Source: a virus
Length of the DNA: 64,000 bases
Strand: one strand, 5' to 3'
IMG/VR virus record: IMGVR_UViG_3300046501_000460
Coordinates: 1-64,000 of that record
Part shown: positions 48,723-57,801 of the stretch, piece after piece
How positions within the stretch are numbered: the stretch's first letter is position 1
Layout of the letters: each line of letters opens with the position of its first letter
Notes under the pieces: model-generated
Told to the model about the DNA's origin: nothing
Databases searched by the model: none
The model's input: the letters and a program-made list of their open reading frames with translations, nothing else
Translations under genes and position numbers: made by a program

Positions 48723-50157
48723 GCAGGCTATCGAGAGGTACCCGCTGCCGCACCCGCTGGGTGGCACGATGGTGCTGGAGGAGCTTCAAAAGCAGGACAT
48801 CGTGCGCGCCGCCATGTGGCGCCGCGCGCTGCTCGATCTGCCTGTCGGCTATGGCAAGACGGTGATCGGCACCTGCATCTCACTGATGTTGCAGCCGGAC
48901 GTCACTGTCGTGCTGGTGCCGCCGATCCTGATCGCGCAATGGGTCGCATGGCTCAACAGCATCCCGGGCGCCGGCACGGCTATCGCGTACAACGGCTCGC
49001 CGAAGGCGCGCGCGGCGATGCCAGTGGCAAGCGTGCGTTGGATCGTGACGTCATATCAGGTATTCAATAACGACATCGCGCGCCTGACGAAGGATCTGGC
49101 GCACCACGCAGTGATGCTGATGGTCGACGAGGTGCAGGCCCTGAAGGGCCGCGGCGTGCTCTTCAAGAACGTGCGGACGTTCACGGCCGGCGGCCGCGAC
49201 CTGATCATGATGTCGGGCACGATCATGAGCAAGCCGGGTGATGGCTACGCGTACGTCAAGCTGAACACGCCGGACGTCTACGCCAGCTACACCCAGTTCG
49301 AGAACATCCACGTCGAGAAGCGCGACCCGATGTTCAACCAGCCAACCGCCTGGCACAACCTCGATCTGCTGCAGACGAACCTGAGCATGCGGCGCGTGCG
49401 CCGCACGAAGGAGGAAGTGCACAGCGCGCTGCCCAAGGCAAACTACATCCCGATCTACTACGACCTGTCGAAGGAGCACATGGCGCTGTACAAGCGCCTG
49501 ATGAAGGAGCAGCTGCTGCTGCTCGACGACGGAAGCAAGATCGATGCCACGACGGCCACGCGGCTGTACCACGCCGCGCAGCAGATCGTGCTGGACTTCG
49601 GCCACTTCGCCGGTGACCCTGACAAGCGCAGCGCGATCTTCGACCTGGTCGACGGCATCGCCGCCGAGATCAATCTCGGCGGCGAAATCATGATCGACAA
49701 CGAGACGAGGCCGGCCAGCAAGCTGATCCTGTGGACCGCGCACCGCAGCGTGACGCGCCTGATCGGCGAGCACATGTCGGCCCGGCTTGCACCACTTGGG
49801 AAGCGCGCGGTGATGGCGTATTCCGAGGTGGACTCGAAGAAGTCGGTGCGCGAGTTCATGAAGGACCCGAACACGGTCAACCTGACAGCCCAGCCGGGCA
49901 GCGCGGGCGTCGGGCTGAACCCCCAGTACCTGTGCTGGGAATGCGCCTTCGTACAGATCCCGACGACCACGATCCCGTTCATCCAGGCATCTGGCCGGAT
50001 CGACCGCAAGGGCCAGCGTTACAACCCGAACATCAGGTTGCTGGTCGCGCGCGGTACGATCCAGGAACAGCTGTTGAAGAACCTTTTCGACAATGACGAC
50101 CTCGTGAACCGGGCGTCCGGGTCGAAAGCCGGGATCAGAAATTTGATTTTCCCGTAG
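48709..50157 (+). CDS. SF2 (SNF2-like) DNA helicase
   Basis: LPVGYGKT, VDEVQ, MSGT, GVGLN and QASGRIDRKGQ motifs. Confidence 0.9.
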   Translation: MLTLEQAIERYPLPHPLGGTMVLEELQKQDIVRAAMWRRALLDLPVGYGKTVIGTCISLMLQPDVTVVLVPPILIAQWVAWLNSIPGAGTAIAYNGSPKARAAMPVASVRWIVTSYQVFNNDIARLTKDLAHHAVMLMVDEVQALKGRGVLFKNVRTFTAGGRDLIMMSGTIMSKPGDGYAYVKLNTPDVYASYTQFENIHVEKRDPMFNQPTAWHNLDLLQTNLSMRRVRRTKEEVHSALPKANYIPIYYDLSKEHMALYKRLMKEQLLLLDDGSKIDATTATRLYHAAQQIVLDFGHFAGDPDKRSAIFDLVDGIAAEINLGGEIMIDNETRPASKLILWTAHRSVTRLIGEHMSARLAPLGKRAVMAYSEVDSKKSVREFMKDPNTVNLTAQPGSAGVGLNPQYLCWECAFVQIPTTTIPFIQASGRIDRKGQRYNPNIRLLVARGTIQEQLLKNLFDNDDLVNRASGSKAGIRNLIFP

Positions 50158-50215
50158 GAAATAGCTGTAGAATTCCCGCTTCATGTCGTATCACCACCGT
50201 ATAAGGAATTGCAAC

Positions 50216-50698
50216 ATGGATAACCCATCCACAGCGCGGGCGCACAAGCTCGCGCTGCAGGCCAAGTGGCTCAACCAGCGCATGGTCGACAACGACCGCT
50301 GGACGCTGGACATGCCCAGCCCGCGCGTGGTCAAGGTGAGCGACCGGAAGACCTTCATTGCCTGGCGCAGGGACGCTGCCGGCAAGGTGGAGGTCGTTGA
50401 TATGTTGCGTGTTAACGACGTCGAGATTTCGTTTACCCGCGGCATCACTGTCAAGTTCAGCGCTGGCGCCACTTCCAACACCATCTGCATCACCGCGCAC
50501 CCGCGCGAGATCGTCCCGGGCGTCTTCGCCTGGATCCCACCGCACGCCGAGCTCCGCTACGGCCCGCACAATCCCGAGGACGCGACGTCGCGCTGGCGCC
50601 TCACCTTGCCGATGCTCGTTCGGCAGATGACCACCAGTTCGACTGTCCTGTCGACGCTCAAGGAATTTCAGGACCTCCACCCCAACATTAGCCTGTGA
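50216..50698 (+). CDS. Hypothetical protein
   Basis: AAGGAA RBS before ATG 50216. Confidence 0.6.
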   Translation: MDNPSTARAHKLALQAKWLNQRMVDNDRWTLDMPSPRVVKVSDRKTFIAWRRDAAGKVEVVDMLRVNDVEISFTRGITVKFSAGATSNTICITAHPREIVPGVFAWIPPHAELRYGPHNPEDATSRWRLTLPMLVRQMTTSSTVLSTLKEFQDLHPNISL

Positions 50699-50705
50699 GG
50701 CCCGC

Positions 50706-53645
50706 ATGAGCGCATTCCACTACTACCAGATCAAGGGTGGCGAAGAGGCATGGCAGGCCGTGCCGGTATCCCACCGCGACCAGATTCTGCAGGACGTGCG
50801 CCCGGTCTTCATGACCGTGCTGTCCGTCTCCAAGCTGGTTGACGAATTGTCCTACGAGGAGAAGCTGAAGCTGGCGTACGCCGGCCCGTTCTATTCCGAT
50901 TTCGACTCGGAAGACGAGACGCTCGTGATCGTCAAGGTCAATGAATACCTCGACAAGCTCGAAGGCCTGGGCGTCGACCTCGAGATGTGTCGCCTGTTCG
51001 CCACCGGCGGGCGCGGCTTTCACATCGAGGTGCCGCCCGAGGTCTTCATGGAGAAGGTGCCCAAGGGCGGCGTCGTCGGTCTGCCGTCGGTCTATCGCGA
51101 GATGGCGCTGGCGCTGGCCGTCGACACCCTCGACCTGAAGATCTATTCGACCGGGCGCGGCCGCATGTGGCGCACGCCCAACGTCAAGCGTCAGAACGGC
51201 CGCTACAAGGTACCCATCACGGTCGCCGAGATGCGGGAGATGACCCCCGAACTTGCGATCCTTCTGTCGTCGCAACCGCGCGAGAGCGTGCCGGTCAAGT
51301 CGCCGGCCTTCTGCGTCAAGCTGTCGATCGAATTCTCCAAGGCGTCCCAGAAGGTCGAGGATCTGCTGAAGAAGCGCGCGCGCTTCAAGCCGGATCCGGC
51401 GATGCGTGAACGTGCGTCGGCCGAGTCGGTGCACTTCATGATGGCCGGCCTGGGCATCAAGGAGTCCGCCGGCTTTCAGGAGATCGCCACGCAGCTGGCC
51501 ATCGCCGCGGTGACCGCGGGCCTGAACGAGGACCGCTTCATCGTCGAGTGCGAGGGGCTGATCAACAACCACAAGGGCGATAGCAGCCGCTACGGCTCGC
51601 CGGCGAAGCGCACCGAAGAGCTGCGCCGCATGCACCGCTACATGGACGGTAACGCCTGCTACGAATTCTCGGTCGGCGCAATCAAGACGCTGCTGAATCA
51701 TGCCGCGCCCGATCTCGACGGCATTGCCGTCACGAAGGAAGAAGTCCTCGAAGAGATCGAGAGCGCGGCCCAGCAGACCGAGGACGAAGCGGAGCTGCAG
51801 GACGAGTATGCGGACGTGGCCAAGGGCGTGACGCTGTCGAAATACGGCGTCTACATGGACGGCGAGTTCGGCAAGAAGCGGATCTGCGCGGTGTCGTTCG
51901 ACGCGGCCTCGATTCTCATGTCGAGCGAGACGGACCAGATCATCGGCTACGACGCCACGGTGCTGGTCAACGGCAAGTCGGTGGGCAACGTCACGCTGGA
52001 GGTCGACATGTTCAGCGGGCTGGTGCCTTTCAACCGGTTCGTGGCGAAATACGGGCACGCCTTTCAGGGCAATGACGCCCAGGTAAGGACGGTAATGATG
52101 CGTTTTGTAGAGCAGGCAAAGAAGAAGGGCAACATCAGCTACATCGTGACGCGCGAGGGTCTCGACATCGTCAACATCCCGAACCACCCGGACCCGGCGC
52201 TGCATGAGCCGTTCATGGTGTGGGCGGACAACCACGGCGTCCGCCTGGAACCGCGCGTGGCCGACCTTGGGCTGAAGATCAAGTTCGCCGGCTACCCGGA
52301 CCCGCGCGGGATGTTCAAGACCGACATCTCGAACGCGCCTGCGCTGGCCCAGTGGCTGGCCGAGCCAGGCAACAAGGCGCTGCTGGCCGACACCTTGGGC
52401 AACCTGCTGGCGTGCCAGCGGCCTGAGGTGCTGGGCAAGGTGTTGGGCTGGTACACGGCCTGCTTCTGGAAGCAGCTGTTCCAGAAGCACTACGGCAAGT
52501 TCCCGCTGCTGCACGTGAATGGGCCGGCCGGCATGGGCAAGACCGAGATGCAGATCGGCATCTCGAACCTGTTCTACTGGCGCGGCGAGCCGCGGCCGCT
52601 GTCGCCCGGGTCGACCAACTTCGCGCTGCTGCAGCACCTGATGGCGTCGTCGTCGATCCCGCTGATACTTGACGAGTACAAGCCGCACGTGATGCTCAAG
52701 CAGCGCGTCGACCAGCTCAAGGGTCTGTTCCGCGATGCCTACAACCAGCGTGACCAGGCGCGTGGTGGCGGCTCGCGCGAGAGCGACGACTACCGTGTGC
52801 TGCAGTTCTCGCAGATGGCCGCGCCGATGGCGTTCATCGCCGAGGCGGCCGAGGAAGAGGCGGCCGTCATGGAGCGCGTCGTGCTGGTCACGCTGGCGCG
52901 TCCGGCGCAGAGCCAGGGCCTGAAGAACCACGCGCACTGGCAGGCGTTCTGGCGCAATCGTCATCTGCTGGGGATTCTCGGGCAATACCTCGCCATGAGT
53001 GTTTTGGAGGAGGCAAATGCTGAAAAGTTCACGGCCGAGTTCGACGATCTGTACAAGGAAGCCAAGGATCGCTTCATGCTGTCCGAGGCCGACTTGAGTG
53101 GCAACCTGAGCGAGGAGGAGTTGAAGGACAAGCAGAACACGAAGGAGCGCCCGGTGTTCAACCACTCGGTCGCGCGCTTCGGGTTCCGCCAGCTGCGGCG
53201 CCTGATCAACGATGCCGTCGGCACCCAGTTCGACGACCGCATGGCCGAGATGGAAGAAGGCGTCTTCGCCCGCCTGCACGATCTGCACGCGGCGACCACG
53301 CCGGAATACGTCAAGGTGCTGTCCGAGATCTCCAGCATGAGCCACCACATCGAGGTCGACCGGCCCGACGCGGTGCGCAAAAACCACGAGTACGCGTTCT
53401 CGCGCATCGGTGGGCGGGACTGTATCGAGATCGCGATCCGGCCGGCGTACCATCGCTACCGCATGCACTGCCGGTCCACCGGGCTGGAGGCGCTGTTCGG
53501 CGGCTTCGAGAGCTTCGCGCACTCGATCCAGGATTGCTCGGCCTTCATCAAGCGCGGTACCGGCGAGGTGCTGCAGATGCCGGGCGTCTACACGTTCGAC
53601 CTGCACGAGCTTGCGCGGATGGGGGTTGATACCTTCAAGAATTAA
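50706..53645 (+). CDS. Primase (AEP-like)-helicase fusion
   Basis: YSDFD and TGGRGFH primase motifs; GPAGMGKT and LILDEYK helicase motifs. Confidence 0.85.
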   Translation: MSAFHYYQIKGGEEAWQAVPVSHRDQILQDVRPVFMTVLSVSKLVDELSYEEKLKLAYAGPFYSDFDSEDETLVIVKVNEYLDKLEGLGVDLEMCRLFATGGRGFHIEVPPEVFMEKVPKGGVVGLPSVYREMALALAVDTLDLKIYSTGRGRMWRTPNVKRQNGRYKVPITVAEMREMTPELAILLSSQPRESVPVKSPAFCVKLSIEFSKASQKVEDLLKKRARFKPDPAMRERASAESVHFMMAGLGIKESAGFQEIATQLAIAAVTAGLNEDRFIVECEGLINNHKGDSSRYGSPAKRTEELRRMHRYMDGNACYEFSVGAIKTLLNHAAPDLDGIAVTKEEVLEEIESAAQQTEDEAELQDEYADVAKGVTLSKYGVYMDGEFGKKRICAVSFDAASILMSSETDQIIGYDATVLVNGKSVGNVTLEVDMFSGLVPFNRFVAKYGHAFQGNDAQVRTVMMRFVEQAKKKGNISYIVTREGLDIVNIPNHPDPALHEPFMVWADNHGVRLEPRVADLGLKIKFAGYPDPRGMFKTDISNAPALAQWLAEPGNKALLADTLGNLLACQRPEVLGKVLGWYTACFWKQLFQKHYGKFPLLHVNGPAGMGKTEMQIGISNLFYWRGEPRPLSPGSTNFALLQHLMASSSIPLILDEYKPHVMLKQRVDQLKGLFRDAYNQRDQARGGGSRESDDYRVLQFSQMAAPMAFIAEAAEEEAAVMERVVLVTLARPAQSQGLKNHAHWQAFWRNRHLLGILGQYLAMSVLEEANAEKFTAEFDDLYKEAKDRFMLSEADLSGNLSEEELKDKQNTKERPVFNHSVARFGFRQLRRLINDAVGTQFDDRMAEMEEGVFARLHDLHAATTPEYVKVLSEISSMSHHIEVDRPDAVRKNHEYAFSRIGGRDCIEIAIRPAYHRYRMHCRSTGLEALFGGFESFAHSIQDCSAFIKRGTGEVLQMPGVYTFDLHELARMGVDTFKN

Positions 53646-53674
53646 TTGACACAGGTAAAGAAGTTTGCCATACT
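53646..53674 (+). promoter_or_regulatory. Sigma70 promoter
   Basis: TTGACA-N17-CATACT with an extended TG. Confidence 0.75.
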
Positions 53675-53739
53675 GAATTTTCCCCAAGCCGGGCGGGGAT
53701 CCATGCCCCGGCAATCCGATGATGATAGAGGTAATGAAA

Positions 53740-54525
53740 ATGGCACTGAATCAAAAAGCAAACACCCAGACCGCAGACTTCGAAGCTCCGGACGACGACA
53801 CCGTCGGCAACGAGCAGGATCAGGCAGCGGCGATCCGCGCGAAAGCGCAGGAACGTCTGACAGCTGCGGCAACTGCGCATCAGGCTACCAAGCCGGCCGA
53901 GAATGCCGTCGCAACCGCCAAGCCGCAAGGCGGTCAGGTTGCACTGCGCAAGGCTCTGGTGAATCCGCTGGCGCCGCTGAAGGGCGCTTTCACGGTCGAG
54001 TGGGACACCCTGCGCAGCCTGAAGGTCACCAACGGCAACGTGCTGGACAACCAGTCGGGCAAGACTCTGGGCGACGTCGTCGGCCTGGAACTGCTGTCCT
54101 TCCAGGACCAGTGGGTGATCTCGCCGGGCGTGGATGGTGACGAAGCGAAGGAACACGTGCGCTACTCGAACGACGGTGAGACGACCACCAACGGCGAGGA
54201 CTGCAACGAGTATCTCGAGCAGCTGAAGAAGGCGGACTTCCCGGACGCCAAGATGTCGAAGCGTACCGTGATCTGCGGCTCGCTGTTCGATATCGGCGAC
54301 AAGGGTCGCAAGGACTGCAAGGACATCCAAGACTGCCTCGTGCAGCTGTCGCTGGCGCCGACTTCGAAAGCGTCGTTCGATCGCTACATGATGGACCAGG
54401 CCTTCAAGATCGGCAAAGCGCTGATCTCGCCGGAAGGCGCGGAACGTCTGAAGCTGGAATGCACTGTCGTGACGAAGGGCAAGAACAGCTGGACCGTCGT
54501 CAACTTCAGCCGCTACGACGCGTAA
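53740..54525 (+). CDS. Replication-module protein (possible ssDNA-binding protein)
   Basis: Has its own promoter and terminator and an acidic disordered N-terminus; function inferred from position only. Confidence 0.5.
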   Translation: MALNQKANTQTADFEAPDDDTVGNEQDQAAAIRAKAQERLTAAATAHQATKPAENAVATAKPQGGQVALRKALVNPLAPLKGAFTVEWDTLRSLKVTNGNVLDNQSGKTLGDVVGLELLSFQDQWVISPGVDGDEAKEHVRYSNDGETTTNGEDCNEYLEQLKKADFPDAKMSKRTVICGSLFDIGDKGRKDCKDIQDCLVQLSLAPTSKASFDRYMMDQAFKIGKALISPEGAERLKLECTVVTKGKNSWTVVNFSRYDA

Positions 54526-54543
54526 TCGTCGTCGCCACCACCC

Positions 54544-54573
54544 AAAAGGGACCTCTTCGGAGGTCCCTTTTCT
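54544..54573 (+). terminator. Rho-independent terminator
   Basis: AAAAGGGACCTC-TTCG-GAGGTCCCTTTTT. Confidence 0.9.
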
Positions 54574-54593
54574 ACAGGAGAAACACCTTGGAC

Positions 54594-55304
54594 ATGCAAC
54601 AACCACAAGAAGAAGTCCGCGAGATCGCCTGGGTCATCGCTGATACCGAAACCACCGGCCTGACGGGCCCGGCCTGCGAGGTCGCCTTCCGCGAGATCTG
54701 CCCGGATACGCTGGAGACGATCCGCGAGATCCAGTCGCTGATCGATCCGGAGTGCCCGATCGAGCCGGGCGCGCAGGATGTGCACGGCATTACGCAGGAA
54801 ATGGTCGCCAACGCGCCGACGATGGACGAGTTCTTGACGGTGCCGGGTTATCTGGACGGCGCCTTCGACGGCCGCGACATCGTCCTGATCGCGCACAACG
54901 CCCCGTTCGACGAGAAGCGCCTGCGCAAGGTCGGCAGCATCGTGTCGTCAGTCTGCACGCTGTTCCACGCCCGCCGCCTGATCCCTGAAGCCGAAAACCA
55001 CAAGCTGCCGACATTGCGTGAGCACTTCGGCTTTCCGAAGAACGAGGCGCACCGCGCGATGGCCGACGTGGCCACGACGCACCGCCTGCTCAAGGAGGTT
55101 ATGGCTCGCGCCGGCCGGCGCTCCTTGCGCGACTTCCACGCCACGCAGGAAACGACGATCCATCGCTGGGTGTTCGGCAAGTACCGCGGCCGTCTGCTGA
55201 TCGACACGCCGCGCGAATACCTCGAGTGGTTCAAGAAGCAGCCTGACGTCGAGGCGAACCTGAAAGCGTCGATCGTCAAGGCGCTCAAAGTCATCCCCAA
55301 ATAA
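54594..55304 (+). CDS. DnaQ-family 3'-5' exonuclease (ExoX-like)
   Basis: DTETTG, AHNAPFD and AHRAMADV motifs; C-terminal FGKYRG..YLEW domain. Confidence 0.9.
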   Translation: MQQPQEEVREIAWVIADTETTGLTGPACEVAFREICPDTLETIREIQSLIDPECPIEPGAQDVHGITQEMVANAPTMDEFLTVPGYLDGAFDGRDIVLIAHNAPFDEKRLRKVGSIVSSVCTLFHARRLIPEAENHKLPTLREHFGFPKNEAHRAMADVATTHRLLKEVMARAGRRSLRDFHATQETTIHRWVFGKYRGRLLIDTPREYLEWFKKQPDVEANLKASIVKALKVIPK

Positions 55305-55322
55305 CAACGAAAGGAACCACCC

Positions 55323-55955
55323 ATGAATTTCGCACAATACCCCGCCCTCGCCGCCCGCACCGAAAAAGAGCTGCCGACCCGCCTCGATCGCCTGGAACAC
55401 GCCGCGCTCGGCCTGGTCACCGAGACCGGCGAAATCGCCACCATCGTCAAGCGCATCAAGATCTACGGCAAGTCGCTCGACAGCCTCGTCGAGAAGGGTC
55501 CGGACGCCGGCAAGTCGTTCCGCGCGCTGATCGCCGAAGAGATGGGCGACGTGCTCTGGTACCTCCCGATCGTCACGCGCGAGTTCGGCGTCAGCGACGA
55601 AGTGTTCGGTACCATGGACAGCGCCGAGTTCCTCGAGCCGCAGGAAGGCCTGCCGGCTATCGCGCTGGACAAGGCCTTGGCCAGCGTGTCGCGTCGCCTG
55701 AGCATCGCCGCCGCTACGGTCGCCAACTTCGTCGAGGACGAGTTTATCGCGCAGCAGACCCAGGTGGACCTTGGTCTGGCTGTCGGCACGATCACCACCA
55801 GCTTGGCAAACCTCGCGTGGCTGATCGGCGCCGACCTGCGCCAGGTCGCGGCCGACAACATCGCCAAGCTGAAGCTGCGCTATCCGGAGAAGTACAGCGA
55901 TGTGGCGGCCGAGGCGCGCGCTGACAAGGGTGGCGAAGACGCGCGGAATAGCTGA
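55323..55955 (+). CDS. MazG-like NTP pyrophosphohydrolase with an internal duplication
   Basis: LGLVTETGEI, EEMGDVLWY and NIAKLKLRYP motifs. Confidence 0.85.
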   Translation: MNFAQYPALAARTEKELPTRLDRLEHAALGLVTETGEIATIVKRIKIYGKSLDSLVEKGPDAGKSFRALIAEEMGDVLWYLPIVTREFGVSDEVFGTMDSAEFLEPQEGLPAIALDKALASVSRRLSIAAATVANFVEDEFIAQQTQVDLGLAVGTITTSLANLAWLIGADLRQVAADNIAKLKLRYPEKYSDVAAEARADKGGEDARNS

Positions 55956-55956
55956 T

Positions 55957-57027
55957 ATGGCATCCCACCTGATCAGCGCCGCGGCGCAGGTCCGGTCTCT
56001 GGCAAAAGCGGTTTCGGCCGCTTTTGCCGCGTCTGCGCTCACCGACGAGGAGCGCAACCCGGACCGCATCGAGATCCCCGACCTGCCGTGGACGGCCCCG
56101 CCGTTGCGCTGCAGCGCGACCTTGGGCGGCGTGCCGCTGTCCGATTACCTGAACGTGCCGATGGCGCTGGACGAAACGCTGCTGCATCGCTTCTGGGTCA
56201 AGACGCTGGACGACCTGTGGCACCGGCCGTCGTCGGCGATCCGCCGCGGCGCGTTCGCCAACTGCGCGCAGGGCATGCCGAAGCTGAAGGTCGGCCAGCG
56301 TGCATTCCTGTTCTCGACGCCGGCGGGCTTCCCAGCGCAGCTCGACTCCAGCGCGGGCGCCATGCTCTCGATCGAGGTGGCGCACGCGGCGGCCCAGTCG
56401 TTACCCATCCTCGACGTCGTCTCGGACGAGGACAACTACTACGTTGTCATGCCGGACGAGAGGATCATCGGCGTGCGCGCCGGCAAGCCGGCCTGCGACT
56501 CTCCCTGGGGCGATCGCGTTTCGGGCATGGTGCAGGAGATGCTGGAGATGAGCCGCGGCGAGCCGGACTACACCCTGCGCTTCGACCAGCTTGCGGCAAT
56601 GCGCTCGGTGGTGAACGTGCACCGCAGGCGCTTCCCTGAGTTTCAGGGCCTCGACTGGGGCCTGCAGGCGCTGCGCATCCTGACGCTGGGCGGCCACTGC
56701 CCGGAGCTGATGACCCAGATGCGCATGACATCGATGGAGCTGCCGCAGCTGCGCCGCAACGAGCAGATCCTGCGTGACTGCCTGGCGATCGTCGACGACT
56801 TGTCCCTGTCGGATCGCAGCAAGCTGCAGATCTGGCAGAACTATCTCGTGCCTGAAGTGATCAGCGTCTCGCGCTTCAAGCAGGTGATCTACGGCGGGGC
56901 CCAGTGGCCGTTCTCGCTGCCGCTGGCGAAACTCGAATCGATCCGTACCTGGCTGGAGGAGCGCTACCGCGCGCTGCCGGCCAACATCCAGAAGGAGGGC
57001 GTATGCAGACCCATCGCCACACCCTGA
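55957..57027 (+). CDS. Hypothetical protein (356 aa)
   Basis: Long ORF with phage-typical codon usage; no recognisable motif. Confidence 0.7.
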   Translation: MASHLISAAAQVRSLAKAVSAAFAASALTDEERNPDRIEIPDLPWTAPPLRCSATLGGVPLSDYLNVPMALDETLLHRFWVKTLDDLWHRPSSAIRRGAFANCAQGMPKLKVGQRAFLFSTPAGFPAQLDSSAGAMLSIEVAHAAAQSLPILDVVSDEDNYYVVMPDERIIGVRAGKPACDSPWGDRVSGMVQEMLEMSRGEPDYTLRFDQLAAMRSVVNVHRRRFPEFQGLDWGLQALRILTLGGHCPELMTQMRMTSMELPQLRRNEQILRDCLAIVDDLSLSDRSKLQIWQNYLVPEVISVSRFKQVIYGGAQWPFSLPLAKLESIRTWLEERYRALPANIQKEGVCRPIATP

Positions 57028-57191
57028 TCGAAGTGGTGATCTCCACCGGTGCCGCGTTTGTTATCAGCGCGCTGCTGCAGCACTACTTCGTCAACCCGCA
57101 CTGGCACCTGCACTCGTCGCCGGCGGACAGTGTCGGCATCACCGTGTTCTTCACCGTCGTCTCACTGGTGCGGAGCTACATTTTCAGATGA
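57003..57191 (+). CDS. Small two-TM membrane protein (DUF7220-like), possibly truncated
   Basis: MQTHRHTLIEVV...FTVVSLVRSYIFR*. Confidence 0.65.
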   Translation: MQTHRHTLIEVVISTGAAFVISALLQHYFVNPHWHLHSSPADSVGITVFFTVVSLVRSYIFR

Positions 57192-57217
57192 ATGTTCAAT
57201 AAATTGGGAGTCAAGAA

Positions 57218-57562
57218 ATGAAGATGGAACAAGATCCGAACGGCGTCGCAGCAAGTCAGCCGGGCGCAAAACTCGACGCCGGCAAGTCGCCGGTCCGCCG
57301 TGGCCTGCTGGAATACTTTCCGCGCGCATGTCTTGCAGTCGCGGAAGTGAGCGCCGCCGGCGCCAACAAGTACACGTGGGGCGGCTGGCAGACGGTGCAG
57401 GGCGGCGTGGACCGATACGGCGACGCTGAGGCGCGCCACATCTGCAAGGCGGCGATCGAGGGTGAGATCGACAAGGACTTTGGCCTGTTGCATGCGGCCC
57501 ACGAGGCGTGGAACGCGCTGGCGCGCCTGGAGCTGATCCTGCGCGAGAAGGAACGGGCATGA
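57218..57562 (+). CDS. dATP/dGTP diphosphohydrolase-like protein (DUF5664)
   Basis: GAKLDAGK, GANKY, RY..A..RH and GLLHAAH.AWNAL motifs. Confidence 0.85.
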   Translation: MKMEQDPNGVAASQPGAKLDAGKSPVRRGLLEYFPRACLAVAEVSAAGANKYTWGGWQTVQGGVDRYGDAEARHICKAAIEGEIDKDFGLLHAAHEAWNALARLELILREKERA

Positions 57563-57801
57563 GCGAGCGCACCGCAGACGAACTTGAGACGGCCGAGAAG
57601 CTGCGACAGGAGTCCTCCGACTTCGGCCTGGCCCAGGTGCGTGAGCACCTGAAGGCCGAGCACCACCCGGAGTTCAATGGCAAGGACTGCGTCGGCTGTG
57701 GCGACGAGCTGGCACCGGTGCGCATCGCGTATAAGCGCGTGCGTTGCGCGGCCTGCCAGACCGAGATCGAAAAACGACAGAAGCAGATGCGGAGGGCCTG
57801 A
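57559..57801 (+). CDS. TraR/DksA C4 zinc-finger protein
   Basis: CVGCGDEL...R.....RCAACQ; N-terminal ADELETA. Confidence 0.85.
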   Translation: MSERTADELETAEKLRQESSDFGLAQVREHLKAEHHPEFNGKDCVGCGDELAPVRIAYKRVRCAACQTEIEKRQKQMRRA

